Below, in pieces: positions 34,564-47,538 of a stretch of 64,000 nucleotides of DNA; the first letter of the stretch is position 1, and the number at the start of each line of letters is the position of its first letter. Both the position numbers and the translations under genes were made by a program. This stretch comes from Azolla caroliniana. Taxonomy: Eukaryota; Plantae; Polypodiophyta. A model generated the notes under the pieces. That model saw only the letters and a program-made list of their open reading frames with translations. It had not been told where the DNA came from and searched no databases. Location: the NCBI GenBank assembly GCA_043228905.1, contig JBHGNT010000016.1:5890001-5954000 (forward strand), given 5' to 3'.

Positions 34564-35530
34564 TGTCATAAAGATTTTCGTCCACGGTGTGAAAATTGCA
34601 TGGAATGTACAAAATCGAGTGTGTTTCTTCACACACAATATGGAACAATAATAATGAAGATATTATTTTATATCTTGGTATGAAAAGATGGATGTCTTCT
34701 AGGGCTTCCGAATGCATTTTACTACATGTAAAATGGACAAATTAGTGTCAAGTTATGTGAATGTCAAGTTTGAGAAGAATAAGAGAAAAACAAAATTGTG
34801 AGATTTCCCACATAGATAGGACAACATCAGGATGTAAGATTATATAAGTAGAGCCATATCTTTTTATATTTCATCTAAGTGTTAGGAGCACAAAAGGCTT
34901 GGGTTGTATAACTTGGACGAATGGATACGGCCAAGTTTTCAAATAGTGTTTTGGACGGAGCCGTAACCGAACGGTCGGACGGCGACGGAATCGGAACCGG
35001 AACGGATAGACCGGATCACCGGGTCGGAAGCGGACCGGATAGGTTGATCGCGATGATTTCGGTGTGACACGAACAAAATCATCTAGACTAAAAACCCTAT
35101 TAGAAATTTGTACCGGATCACCGAGTCGGAAGCGGAACGGATAGGTTGATCGCGATGATTTCGGTGTGACACGAACAAAATCATCTAGACTAAAAAACCT
35201 ATTAGAAATTTGTAATCAAAGGGATGCAAGCAAGGCAATGAACTTATCACTAAGCCAAGACATTTCTTTAGAAATGTTTTTACTATCGTTATACTTTCAC
35301 ATGTAAACTCTCATGTTAGAGCTTGATTGAGTGACATGGTCATCATGCATCACATGTAAACTCTCATGTTAGAGCTTGATTGAGTGACATGGTTATCATG
35401 CATCACATGTAATGCATGAGCGCCAAATGGCAAACACGCATAGGAGCATCTATAAAAGGGTGGATGAAAAAGATCAAAGGGAGCGATGTATTAATCAAGA
35501 AATTAAAACTAAGAAACTCGTTATCCAATT
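34564..35530 (+). mobile_element. Truncated AT-rich Gypsy LTR related to 47539-48415, with 102-bp x2 (35010-35213) and 53-bp x2 (35298-35411) tandem repeats
   Basis: Starts TGTCATAAAGATTTTC. ATCATGCATCACATGTAATGCATGAGCGCCAAATGGC matches the reverse complement of ~48079-48115. Confidence 0.65.
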
Positions 35531-37425
35531 GAAATTCGAATCGGTGGTTTACAGTGCCGAAGAAGAACGGCACACAACGCTTTATTCAGAACATGCAACC
35601 CATCAACAAGGTGACAATCCAAAATACAGGAGTCGGACCAACCATTGATGAGTTCGCGGGGGCCTTCGTCGGAAGGTCGATCTACTCGGTCGGGGATCTA
35701 TACACCGGGTATGACTAGTTCCAGCTAGCCATGGAGAGCAAGGATATCACGACGATGCAAACCCCTCTCGGCCTAGTTCGGAAGTGTACCCTACTGCAAG
35801 GAGGAACTAATTCCGTGGTACACATGGTAAATGCAATGAACAAAGTGTTGAGGGATTACATCCGGAACACCACCATGTCGTTTTTGGACGACATCTCGAT
35901 CAAGGGATGTCTAGAGGACGCAAAGAACTGAACGATAAGAGCGGCGGATTCTGGAAGTTTGTCGCGGACCACATCTCTAACTGCGAGAAGATATTGCAGA
36001 GGGTCGAGGGAGGTTGGCTTACCTTCTTCAGGGAGAAGTCGGCTTTCGGGCAATCGGATATCCTAGTGGTCGGTCACCTGTGCGGACCGTATGGCCGGAA
36101 ACCGCCTTTGGCAAAGGTAGAAGCCATCTCGACAATGAAGGAAGAGTGCAGGTCGGCCACGGAAGTCAGACGGTTCCTGGGAGCGTGCGCCTTCTACCAC
36201 ATTTAGATTCTACACTACGCGCATAACGTCGAGCCACTCTATGGCTTGCTGAAGAAAGACCAAAAATTTGAATGGAGCAACGAGCACACGAAGGCGGTTC
36301 TGAGACTAAAGGAGATGTTGAAGGCGGCATCGGGTCTCCGGAAAGCGGTGTACAAGATAGACCCCCCAGTCTATGTAACGATAGATATGAGCCCAACCGG
36401 AATGAGGTGGGTGGTCAACTAGGAGGAGGAAGCCGACACGTAGTTCCCCATCCGGTTCAGTGCGAAAGTACTGAGCAAGCGGCAGCGAGGATACACCCAA
36501 GTTAAACGCGAAGTGTGGGGTATCATTTCGGTGGTTAAGGGCGACAAAGATTATTTGATAGGGACAGAAGTGATAATCGAGACGAACTACCTACCAATTC
36601 TCGGCATGGTTTCCGGATGCGCGACTCCTGACTTGACGATGCTCAGGTGGATCGCGTATACCAAGTCTCTAAACCCGGAGATACGACACATCTCCAGAAA
36701 AGACAACGCCATAGCCGATATGATTTCGAGAGCAGTTTTGACAACGAGGACGGCATGGTGTCAGAAGGCGAAGAAGTCGGCGAGGACTTCTTCCCGTCGG
36801 GTCGAGTGTCGGCAAACGAACGGAGCACTCCGGCCCTGAACGAGTTCCACGTGGACGATTATGATGGGAAGTGGCTTCAGATCGGGCAATTCCTAAGCAC
36901 GATGGCATTGAATGTGACATGGACAAAAGAGGAAGCGGGTCGGATCCGGAAGAAGTCTTACCGGTTCTTCCTAAGGGACAGTAAGATATGGAAGCATTTG
37001 AAGAAATGGAAAGGCACACCACACTGGGTGGTGACGAAGGAGGATCAATCTCTACTGGTGTTGGAGTTCCACGAGATCCCCTGGTCCGGACATCGGGGAA
37101 TGTGGGCCACATTAGAGAAGCTAAAGGAGAAGTATTGGTGGTCCGGAATGTATCGTGACGTGCACCAGTTCATGACAACATGCGAAACCTGTCAAATGCA
37201 TTCCGGAATCCAGCTCCGCGACGAGTTGCACCCGACATGCCCGTCAACCATTCACTTCAAATGGATGGTAGGCTTATTAACAATGCCTATGGGGGTAGGG
37301 CAGATGCGATACTTGGTACTTGCACGGGAGGACCTGATGAACCAGGTGGAGGGTCGAGTGTTGCCAAATAAGACAACTGCAGTCGTGTGTCAATTCTTGA
37401 TCGAGGATGTGATTTTCCTATACGG
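35531..37425 (+). pseudogene. pol: Element J pol (RT-RH-INT N-terminus), decayed; continues at 61510-61752
   Basis: Motifs RWFTVPKKNG, QGGTNSV, FLDD, RWIAY, GHRG and CETCQMH. YG|CVGKLVVDRG rejoins across the insertion. Confidence 0.88.
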
Positions 37426-39783
37426 TGTGGTGAAGATTTCTGGCTTTAGTGTGAAACCGGGATGGAATGGGCAAGTCACCAATGTGCAACATGTGCACAT
37501 GTATAGTAGGAAAATGGTGTATAGAATAAGGGGGAGAATTTATCCCACATTGTAACGTCCCTCCCTCCTTGGGCTATAAAAGGAAGGGAGGGGTCTCCTG
37601 TGAAGGAGTTGCCCATTTTGAGTTAGGAGGGTATACCATTAGGTCCAAGGTATGATAATCTTTCTTCTTCTTACTTTCTTGTTTTCTGTTAGGGTTCTTT
37701 GAGGTCTTCTTCTTCATCGTCATGTGGGTTGAGTCTTCATGTCTGTTTAGGATTCAATTCGGTTAAGAGCTTGTATGTCCTAAGGGGTTTCGCTTCTGCT
37801 CTGTCTCCTGTGCAAGACCTCGCTCGGCGCGATGAGCCCAAGAGCTCCCCAATTGTCTGGCTTGCTTGCAGACTGTTGTCAGTACTTATGTCAGGCCTTT
37901 ATGGACTTGTATAAATAGTGTTGTTTAGCACGTTGTATGTACGAAGTTTTAGAGTTAATTTTTTAATATAGTTTTATGTTCTGCTCTCTCTGTCTCCTTT
38001 GTTTTTGAAGCTTTTCCATTAAACCTTCATCTCATTTTCTGTTGCTATCCGACTGAGCCGGTTCTGTCTGACGCTTCTTCACATTAACATTCACATGGTA
38101 TCAGAGCATGAGGGTTGAGAACCTCTATAGTCGACATTTGCTTCCGTAGAGTCGGTATTTCATCTCCTTCATCGACGATTATAGCCGGCACACGTGGATC
38201 TACCTCATCAAGAGGAAGAGCGAAGTCTTCGAGTGTTTTCGGAACCTTCAAAGCTTGGTTGAACAGGAAATGGAGAGGAAGATCAAGTGCCTACGGTCGG
38301 ATGGCGGCAAAGAATACTTTTCCGGCCAATTCAACAGTTATCTGCAGCAGAACGGTGTCGTGAAGAAAACCGGCCAGAAGCGAATCGGTGAAGCAGGGTG
38401 CATGAACCGGCCCTACACTTTCCCACGCCAATTAATACCTTGTACATAACTAGGAGTAGGATGATGGTTGTAAATAAACTAGATGTGACGCATCAAATGT
38501 CTAGGAAACCAAAGAGTATCTCTGTCCGGAAGGACAGAGAATAAATTGATGAAAACGAGGGTGCAACGACCTGCCTCGACGGCCTATAATAGGGAAGGAA
38601 GAAGGCGGATGAAGGGATCACGTTTTAGGAGCGAGGAGGGAGTGCTGCCGGACTGGGACCGAGCTCTCTCCTCCATCGCTCGTCATTCTCTGTAGGATTT
38701 CGGACTGAGTTGCCTCTGCTTCGTGGACAGCCCGTGTGCTTACGATAGAGGCTCCACAGTGCAGTCGGGTTGTGTGCGTGCGTGAGCATCGTGTGTGTGT
38801 GTGTTCGCCTGAGTTGGGTCCATTGTTGGCTTGCCGGTTGTAATCGTTATTGATTTTGTAATTAAGACTTTGTTCTCTCTCTCTTTCTCCCTCTATGTTT
38901 CTACAAGCTGCTCTATCTCTCTCTTCTTTCTCACGCTCCTTGGTTCAAGGCCCCCGCGGTCCCGCCTCTTTCTGCATGCGAAGAGTGTAACAACTCGACA
39001 TATTTGGTGAACCCGACGTGAACCAGGCGGCAAAGGAGTGAAGGATGAGGGGATCCGAGGTTGTTGAAGCTATGGTTATAGCCATCGACCGGCTAGTGAG
39101 CGCCCGCGAGGGAACGAGTTCCCTCGACGGGGCCATTGAGTCGATCGTTGGCGCCATAGGTCGATTCGGTGGGAAGAATGCCACGAGCTACTTGGAGGCC
39201 TATCGGGCTGAAATGATCATGAGGGATATCTCGGCGGACAAGCAGCTATCCGGATTCCCTCGGGTGGTGACGGCGAGCATCCACGCAGGGGTGCTCGAGG
39301 TGTTGGCCGAAAGCGAGACTTGGGAGGAGTTCGAGTTGTGGCTCCTCGAGATGTATGGGTTCGATGACTCGCTTCGGCTGTCAAAGCGAGACTTCATGGC
39401 GTGGGTTGAGAGCCCTAGGAAGGGGAGGAACGCGTTGGCGCTCCTCCAGGAGTTTGAGAAACGGTTCGCACGACTGTCAACACTGGACCGGACCATGCTC
39501 GACACAAGTCGGGTACTACTATTCGTCAAGTCGGTGGACGCCATGCACCGGGAGAAGGTGGGTTTCCTGTTGGAAACGGATGAAGGGCTCATGGTAGACT
39601 GGGCCATGGTAAGGAGGGTTTGCGGTTGTTTCAACAAGCGGCGTGAATGGAGCCACGAGGGCTCGTCGGCGGCAAGGCCGGTCCCCACGTGGGAGCTCGA
39701 GGAGCCTATGTCGATACCGGCTAGGAAGGAAGAAACTCGGAGTTGGCTAGAGACGGGCTCAGCCCCGAGCGGAGTGATCAAAG

Positions 39784-42700
39784 TGTCGAATACATGTGTA
39801 TAATGGACGTATTCACACTATCCCGTTTTGGCCATTTATGTAATTAGCATAAAGGGTAGTTGCCCTAAGTCGGTCACTATATATAGTGACCTTGTAACCT
39901 TTTTGTAAAGGTTTTTTTGGGTGTTGTATTATTGCTTTATGGAATAAGAAACTCTTTTGTGCCTCTCTGTCTCTCTCTCTCTCTCTCTCTGTGCAACGAC
40001 CTACAAACTGTCATACGCAGGTATTCAACAGCAATCGAATGCTTCTTGATCTTCCGCATAGACGACTTTGTCTCCAACATCTGGTATCAGAGCCTGCACA
40101 GTAGTCGGTCCTTCAATCCGCTGTCGGGCGTCGTCTCAGCATTCGGTTTCCTGCGTCATTCGAAAAAGAGAGAAGAAGAAGAAAAACGAGGCCTGCATCT
40201 CATCGCGTTAGATCATCTTTGCTTGGAGTAAGCCAGCAGGTTGTACTCCGTTCCTTGTGATCGTAACCGCTCGAGGTGAAATCCCCTTGTGCAACTTTGA
40301 CACGATCGTGCTCCATTCGGTTAAACGGCATCCGAAGAGGTCATCAAACGCTGCTCGCCGCTCGTTGTAACCACTCGGTGCAGATCGGTCTCAAGACAAC
40401 AACCCCAAATTCGTGCTTCATCTGGCTGATCGACATTCGGGAGGATCAGTCGGATCCGTCTCTCTCGTTGCTGCAGTCAACCGAAGCAGAATCGGTCCAG
40501 ATAATCGGTTTCAATAATCGGTATTCGGCATATATATCCGAAGCGAACCGGGCTCACTCCGACTCGGCAACATTCGGGAAGACCAGTCGGTTCTGTCCCT
40601 CAAGCTACCGGAGTCAATTCGAGCAAGTTCCGAAGCCGAACCGACTCGGGTTCAAATCCGACTAGAGCGATATCGGGTGAGCCAACCGGCTGCACTCCAA
40701 CAAGGCTCGTAGTCAACTCCGAACCGAGCTTCGTCAACCGAAACCAAATTTGATGGCATCAACATCCGGCTCGTCAGAAATGAGTCTACGAAAGTTCGAT
40801 GGATCGAACTTCAACTTCTGGAAGGAACAAATGCAGGACTATCTCATAGTCAAGGGGCAAATCGATCCCATCGAAAATGAAGAACCTCTAGAAGGATACA
40901 AACCAATTGAGTGGCAGAAGCTGGACAGAATTGTCCGCGCCACGATTCGGATGCACCTATCGGAATCGGTATACTTTACGGTGCAATCGTGTACGACAGC
41001 ATTCGAACTGTGGAAAACACTGTTGGACACTTACGAAAAGAAGGTCGCCGCAACGAAGATGTTTCTGATCCGGCGCCTCTACAACTTGCGGATGAAAGAA
41101 TCCGATTCGGTTCAAGCACACCTCAATGAGTACGAAAGCATAAGCTCCCAAATCTCGTCACAGGGGACGGCAATCGAGGATGAACTCAGAGCAATGATAC
41201 TCATGAGTAGCCTTCCCTCATCATGGGAAACTTTCGTCACAACCGTGTGCAACGCGTCAACCACGGCTGTTAAATACTCCGAAGTCACGAGCGCAATCCT
41301 GACCGAAGCAGCTCGGAGAAAGTCTTTCGCCAAAGACTCAACAGACGACGCTTACGTAGTACAAGGTTCGACAGACCGATCGAACATACGAGGAAGAGAT
41401 TCTTCACGGCCGCCGAACAATCAGCGAAGACGAAGCCAGTCACGGGATAACCGAATCTGCAACTATTGCAAGAAACCCAGACACATCAAAGCCGACTGCC
41501 GCGCACTCAAGAACAAGAACAACAAGAAGAGTGGCCGGCATGAGGAGATCAATTACGTCAGCTTCTCAGCTGATGTACTACCGGACGACCCGAATATACT
41601 ATCAATCGAAAATCCAGTCGGATCAGAAGTTCTACTCACGACTGAAGAATCGAGCACATGGCTCTTAGATTCGGGCGCGTCATTTCACGTGACTCCTCAT
41701 CGATCCCAATTTCGGCAATATACGATCCGTCACTCCGACTCAGTTCGAGTCGGCAACTCACAACACTGTGACATCATCGGAATCGGCACAGTAGAGCTCA
41801 ACCTTGCAGGTGGCTCTACACTTGTACTCCACAATGTCCGACATGTACCCGAGCTCTCAAGGCCATTGATCTCAGTCGGACAACTAGATGAAGACGGCAT
41901 TCGTGCCGGTTTTTCTTCGGGAGGGTGGACACTCCACAGGGGGAACCTCCTGCTTGCTAGAGGACCCAAGATACACTCCCTGTATCCGTTACATGTTACG
42001 CTCAGAGAGGGTAACCTGTTTTTGGTGGATATTCCTGTGTCATCACTATGGCACCGAAGATTAGGACACCTCAGCAAGGCCGGCATCACGCACCTATCTA
42101 GAGCCGGATACATCCCCAAACTCTCCTTCTCGGACCATCAATTCTGCGAGCATTGCCAGTATGGCAAACAAGCAGCCGCATCACACCCGACATCAGCACC
42201 AAGAGAAACGAGACCTCTCGATTTGGTCCACTCGGACGTCTGTGGCCCAATGCCGCATCAGTCTCTCGGCGGTGCCTCTTACTTCGTCACTTTTATTGAC
42301 GATTCGACTCGAAAGGTGTGGGCTTATCCAATTCGCACCAAAGATCGGGTCTTCTCGATCTTCACCGATTGGCTCGCTATGGTAGAAAATCAAACCGACC
42401 GAAAGCTGAAATGCTTTCGGACAGACAATGGGGGAGAGTTTAAATCCGAAGAATTCGTCAAATTCTGCCGACAACGCGGCATCCGACGTGAATTTACGGC
42501 ACCACACAGTCCGGAGCAAAACGGGATTGCCGAACGCATGAATCGGACAATCCAAGAACGGATAGTTTCCATGCTCCAACACTCCGGACTGTCGGATGGC
42601 TTCTGGGCAGAGGCTCTACTCACGGCAGTACACATAATCAATATGTCGCCAAGTAGACCTCTAGGACTTCAAATTCCTCAGGAACTATGGATCGGCAGTA

Positions 42701-45255
42701 AGCCGAATTACGACAAGCTGAGGATCTTCGGATGCGAGGCGTACGCCCTTATTCCGAAAGATGATCGCCGAAAACTTGCACCTCGGTCCAGGAAATGCAT
42801 TTTCCTTGGATATGGATCCGACGGCGAAATGGGATACCGACTCTGGGACCCCGAACGCAGACAAATCGTTCGAAGTTCGGACGTTGTGTTCAACGAGTCG
42901 GCTATGAATCCATCAGTCGAAAAACCGATCGAAGTCCGAAGGGTAACATTTTCCGATGTGCCGACCCTTCAAGAAGGCCCCGCTCTCAACACACGGTCAG
43001 CTTCACGGGTAGCTGAACCTTACACTACCGACTCGGACAACTCCGACTCGGCACAGCAGAACAATCCGCTTTCGGACCATCCGACCACGATACCCGATGC
43101 GACCAGTCCAATCATACCTCGACGATCCGAGAGACTGTCGCAACCTCCGGAGAGGTACTCTCCTGGAATTTTCTTCACCGACGCCGGCGAACCGACGTCT
43201 TACGAAGAAGCATCGACATCTGTCGATTCAGCCACCTGGCATCTGGCGATGGAGTCAGAAATGCACTCCATTCGGGCAAACAAGACTTGGGATCTGGTCG
43301 AATTACCTAGGAACCGACGTGCTCTTCCTTGCAAGTGGGTTTATCGACTAAAAGAGACGTCTGATTCGACCACCCCAAAGTACAAGGCCAGATTAGTTGC
43401 GAAGGGCTTCCGACAAGAATATGGCGTCGACTTCGACGAGATTTTTTCACCAGTGGTGAAAATGACAACCCTCCGTTTTCTACTCGGCGTAGTGGCAGCC
43501 GACAACTTGGAGCTGATTCAGCTAGATGTCAAAACAGCCTTCCTCCATGGTGATCTCGAGGAGGAAATTTATATGGAGCAGCCAAAAGGCTTCGTGGCAA
43601 CCGGCCAAGAACATCTAGTCTGCCGACTCAGGAAGAGTCTATACGGCCTCAAACAGGCACCGCGACAATGGTACAAGAAGTTCGACGACTTCATCCAATC
43701 GATCGGCTTCTCAAAAAGCGATGAGGACCATTGTCTTTTCACCAACACAGCTCAAGATGGATCACCCATCTTCCTCATCATTTACGTGGACGACATGCTA
43801 ATTTCTGGACGCCACGCGGGCGAACTTGCCGATCTCATTCGGCAACTGCGGTTGAAGTTTGCCATGAAGGACCTCGGTCCGGCACGACACATCCTTGGCA
43901 TGAAGATTAGTCGGCATCGCGATAAACGACATCTTTTTTTGTCTCAGACCGACTATACCCGACGTGTCTTAGAACGCTTCAACATGCAATCAGCCAAATC
44001 TGCTTCAACCCCGCTCCCCATGAATCTTCGGCTCTCTCAGCGAGACTGCCCGACATCCGGTCCGGAGGGGGAAGATATGAAGTCGGTACCGTATGCACCG
44101 GCAGTCGGCTCCCTTATGTACCTGATGGTCGCGACACGGCCTGATATTTCTCACGCCGTAGGAGTCGTTAGCAGATTTATGCACAATCCTGGCCGATCGC
44201 ATTGGAACGCAGTCAAGCATGTGTTCAGATATCTGGCTGGCACAAAAGACCACGGCATTCTTTTCGGTCCGAACCGAACCTCAGGCGTAGTCGGTTACAC
44301 CGACTCGGACTTCGCCGGCTGTATAGACAGTCGGAAATCAACAACCGGATACTGCTTCAAATTCGGCAATGGAGCAATCTCGTGGAAGTCGAAACTTCAG
44401 GAGTGCACAGCGACCTCAACGACCGAAGCAGAATATGTAGCTGCGTCCGACGCAGCAAAAGAAGCTTTGTGGCTCGGTCGGCTGGCGCACACGTTTCGAC
44501 AAGTCGACCATGACTCGGCTCCAGTTGTCTACAGCGACAGTCAAGGTGCTGTTGCCTTGTCGAAAAATCCGGTTCACCACAACGCCTCCAAACATATCGA
44601 CGTTCGATATCACTTCGTTCGGGACTGCGTCATTTCAGGGAAAATCGGTCTAGAGAAAATATCCACAACCGACAATGTCGCAGATGGAATGACCAAGTGT
44701 CTTTCGGCAGACCGTTTTTGGTCTCTTCGGCATCAGATGGGCGTAACGACAAACCAGTCCGGTTAGAGCCGGACACAGAGCAGGATGGTTCCCGACAACC
44801 GACATCAGTTCCTTAATGATCGGCTTCAACTGTTCCGACCCGACCAGTTCGGTCTTCTGCCTTCGGACCCTGCCGACTCGAACAAAGCTGATATGTCCGA
44901 GAACCTAAGTCTATACCTGTAATCTTAGATAACCCATGTATACGCCCATTACGGGGGAGTGTCGAATACATGTGTATAATGGACGTATTCACACTATCCC
45001 GTTTTGGCCATTTATGTAATTAGCATAAAGGGTAGTTGCCCTAAGTCGGTCACTATATATAGTGACCTTGTAACCTTTTTGTAAAGGTTTTTTTGGGTGT
45101 TGTATTATTGCTTTATGGAATAAGAAACTCTTTTGTGCCTCTCTGTCTCTCTCTCTCTCTCTCTCTGTGCAACGACCTACAAACTGTCATACGCAGGTAT
45201 TCAACAGCAATCGAATGCTTCTTGATCTTCCGCATAGACGACTTTGTCTCCAACA
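39784..45255 (+). mobile_element. Intact Ty1/Copia element C
   Basis: 296-bp LTRs at 39784-40079 and 44960-45255 with no visible difference. TSD CAAAG, iMet PBS at 40082, PPT GGGGGAG at 44953. Confidence 0.97.
40750..44766 (+). CDS. gag-pol: Copia polyprotein, 1338 aa (Tnt1/Tork-like)
   Basis: Uninterrupted ORF with CNYCKKPRHIKADC, WLLDSGAS, HRRLGH..CEHC, DNGGE, YVDD and KHIDVRYH. The first ATG is at 40753. Confidence 0.96.
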   Translation: MMASTSGSSEMSLRKFDGSNFNFWKEQMQDYLIVKGQIDPIENEEPLEGYKPIEWQKLDRIVRATIRMHLSESVYFTVQSCTTAFELWKTLLDTYEKKVAATKMFLIRRLYNLRMKESDSVQAHLNEYESISSQISSQGTAIEDELRAMILMSSLPSSWETFVTTVCNASTTAVKYSEVTSAILTEAARRKSFAKDSTDDAYVVQGSTDRSNIRGRDSSRPPNNQRRRSQSRDNRICNYCKKPRHIKADCRALKNKNNKKSGRHEEINYVSFSADVLPDDPNILSIENPVGSEVLLTTEESSTWLLDSGASFHVTPHRSQFRQYTIRHSDSVRVGNSQHCDIIGIGTVELNLAGGSTLVLHNVRHVPELSRPLISVGQLDEDGIRAGFSSGGWTLHRGNLLLARGPKIHSLYPLHVTLREGNLFLVDIPVSSLWHRRLGHLSKAGITHLSRAGYIPKLSFSDHQFCEHCQYGKQAAASHPTSAPRETRPLDLVHSDVCGPMPHQSLGGASYFVTFIDDSTRKVWAYPIRTKDRVFSIFTDWLAMVENQTDRKLKCFRTDNGGEFKSEEFVKFCRQRGIRREFTAPHSPEQNGIAERMNRTIQERIVSMLQHSGLSDGFWAEALLTAVHIINMSPSRPLGLQIPQELWIGSKPNYDKLRIFGCEAYALIPKDDRRKLAPRSRKCIFLGYGSDGEMGYRLWDPERRQIVRSSDVVFNESAMNPSVEKPIEVRRVTFSDVPTLQEGPALNTRSASRVAEPYTTDSDNSDSAQQNNPLSDHPTTIPDATSPIIPRRSERLSQPPERYSPGIFFTDAGEPTSYEEASTSVDSATWHLAMESEMHSIRANKTWDLVELPRNRRALPCKWVYRLKETSDSTTPKYKARLVAKGFRQEYGVDFDEIFSPVVKMTTLRFLLGVVAADNLELIQLDVKTAFLHGDLEEEIYMEQPKGFVATGQEHLVCRLRKSLYGLKQAPRQWYKKFDDFIQSIGFSKSDEDHCLFTNTAQDGSPIFLIIYVDDMLISGRHAGELADLIRQLRLKFAMKDLGPARHILGMKISRHRDKRHLFLSQTDYTRRVLERFNMQSAKSASTPLPMNLRLSQRDCPTSGPEGEDMKSVPYAPAVGSLMYLMVATRPDISHAVGVVSRFMHNPGRSHWNAVKHVFRYLAGTKDHGILFGPNRTSGVVGYTDSDFAGCIDSRKSTTGYCFKFGNGAISWKSKLQECTATSTTEAEYVAASDAAKEALWLGRLAHTFRQVDHDSAPVVYSDSQGAVALSKNPVHHNASKHIDVRYHFVRDCVISGKIGLEKISTTDNVADGMTKCLSADRFWSLRHQMGVTTNQSG

Positions 45256-47538
45256 CAAAGGTCCCTCCGGAGGCACGACTCTAGAAGAGTTGTTACAGAT
45301 GGTGCGAGATCTCCAAATCACACAGGCCCGGAGGGATAGCGGCGAACAGTCTCGTGACCGAAGGCCGCCGGCGGGGCAACGGTGCATGTGGTGCGACGCG
45401 GTTGGCCACATCCGGAAAGAATGCACGGATTTCACCGAGGAACTCAAGATCAACGTGGTGTACCTCTAGAACGGGCGGGTGCACGCGAGCGAGACCTGGA
45501 AAGCCCTAGAGTTGAATACGGGGCGCGGCGGAATGAAGCGGTTGATGCAAGAGGCCGCGACACGACATCCAGAGGTCGTTAACTACTCGGCGTCGGAGGG
45601 AATCTGGGTTGGGGGTGATGAGGCTCGGAAAGCGAAGGGCTCCGGATTCTGGCCGATGGTGCTAGAGGGTCTCCCCGGAGTACAGCTGAAGAAGGAAGAG
45701 GTAGACCGCGCGGAACAATGGATCCGGGAGGTCACCGGATGGGACGACCCGGTGGAAGAAAAGACTGGCTTCGTGGCAGCCGCATGCCAGAACTACAACG
45801 TTCTGGTAGAAGACAAGCGCGTGGGAAAGGCTGGAGGGGGCGGCCCCTCGCAACGGTACGAGACCCGGTTCGAACCGAAGCCGAATGAGGCCGCCAACGC
45901 CGGCGCACCGGAGAAGAAGAAGCGGGCCGGTTTCCGGCTAAGCATCGAAATCGAACGAACAAAGGACCTGCGAAAGGTCCTGGAAGAGAGAATTCTCGAC
46001 AACAAGGTCGAGTTGTCGTTACGGGAGGTGCTAGGAATCGCCAAGAAGGAGTTCCACGACTCCATCGTGGACTTGGTAAAGCAGAAGAGGCTCTCGATGG
46101 AGCCGGAACCGGAGAGGCTGGTGCAAGTGCAGACGACGCACTTAGAAGACACAGCCCTAGAGGATGAGTTGGCGGAAAGCCACTACGCGAAGCCGCATTG
46201 GGCTAGGGCCACTACGGAAACCCCTGTTCGGATCGGCGATGTCCAGGAGCCGGTGGTGGCATTGGTAGACCATGGTTTGGAGATCAACCTGATGTCCAGG
46301 GACTTCTATAAAAAAGCGAAATGGCCGATCAACACCAAGCACGGTGTCGTGAAGAATTTCGGCCAGAGGCGAAAACCAGGAAACATTGGCTACATCGGCG
46401 GGGTGTTGCGTGTGTACGCACCCGTGTACATTTAGTGTGAATATCGAGGGCGCCTTTATGGCGCCGAAGAGTAGTCAAGTCGGGGACAGACGATCCCATG
46501 TAAGTCGGGATTGTCCCACATTGTAACGCATCCCCTTCCTTGTTCTATAAAAGGAAGGGAACGCCCTTTATGTAAGGGTTGCCCATTTTGCATTAGAGGG
46601 TATACCGTTAGGTTTAGAGTTAGGTTCTTCTTCTTCTTCTTCTCCTTCTTCGTGTTTTGCTTAGGGTTTGCTTTGGTTCGGCCTCCTATGCAAGACCCCG
46701 CTCGGCGCGACGAGCTGAGAGCTCCCCGACGGCGGCTTGACAGCAGACGACTACTGTAACCTACCTCAGTCCGACTCGACGCCGGGAATGTATTCTTCCC
46801 TTTATATGTATATATATATATACGTTTGTCTGTGTATATACGCGTCGTTGTTGGCGTCGGGTGCCTACCCTTTCCTGCGTTTTCCGTACATAAGGCGTGA
46901 GTCGGGTTGGGTATGTGTGTGCGTGTGTGTGTGTGTGTGTGCGTGGGTCAGTGTTAAGCACGCTCTTTCTCTCTCTCCCTTCGGTCGCTTCCGGTGTGCT
47001 TCTGGGATGCCCCGGAAACAGTGAAGCACGACTTCCTACGCTCCGTCGCTCCCTAGTCCAAGACCCCCGTGGTCCCGCCTTTCCCCACACACGCGCGTAA
47101 CAACGCGACATATTTGGTGAACCCGACGTGAAGGGCGGCAAGGGAGGATGGAGTCGGAAGACGACGACCTTGCGGAGATGGTGGCCGAAGTGGTGTTGGA
47201 GTCGGCACGAGTGGTGATGAGGCGAGAAGCAGCGCAACAAGCGGTTGAGCGAGTGGTTGAAAGAGTCGATCGTTTCAACGGGGACAAAGTCCCATCTTAC
47301 TTGGAAGCCTTCAACGCGGAAATGGAGGGGCGTGGCGTAGACGAGCGTTGAGGCTGGAATTCTTCTGTCGGGTCGTAGCGGTCCGGATGCATGCGGAAGT
47401 AAAGGAGCTCCGTGAGGCTCATGGTTCGTGGGAGGCCTTCGAAGAGGCGCTCCTGAAGGCATACGGAGGACGGCAGAAGAGCCAGGGACGACACGACTTC
47501 GACCAATGGGTAGCATCGGCAAAGACCCACCGGGGCGC

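Noticed and set aside
38701-38766. HDV-like ribozyme in the LTR hairpin
   Set aside because: The putative P1 (GGACTG/CAGCCC) is mismatched and absent from other copies; P2 and the catalytic C could not be placed.
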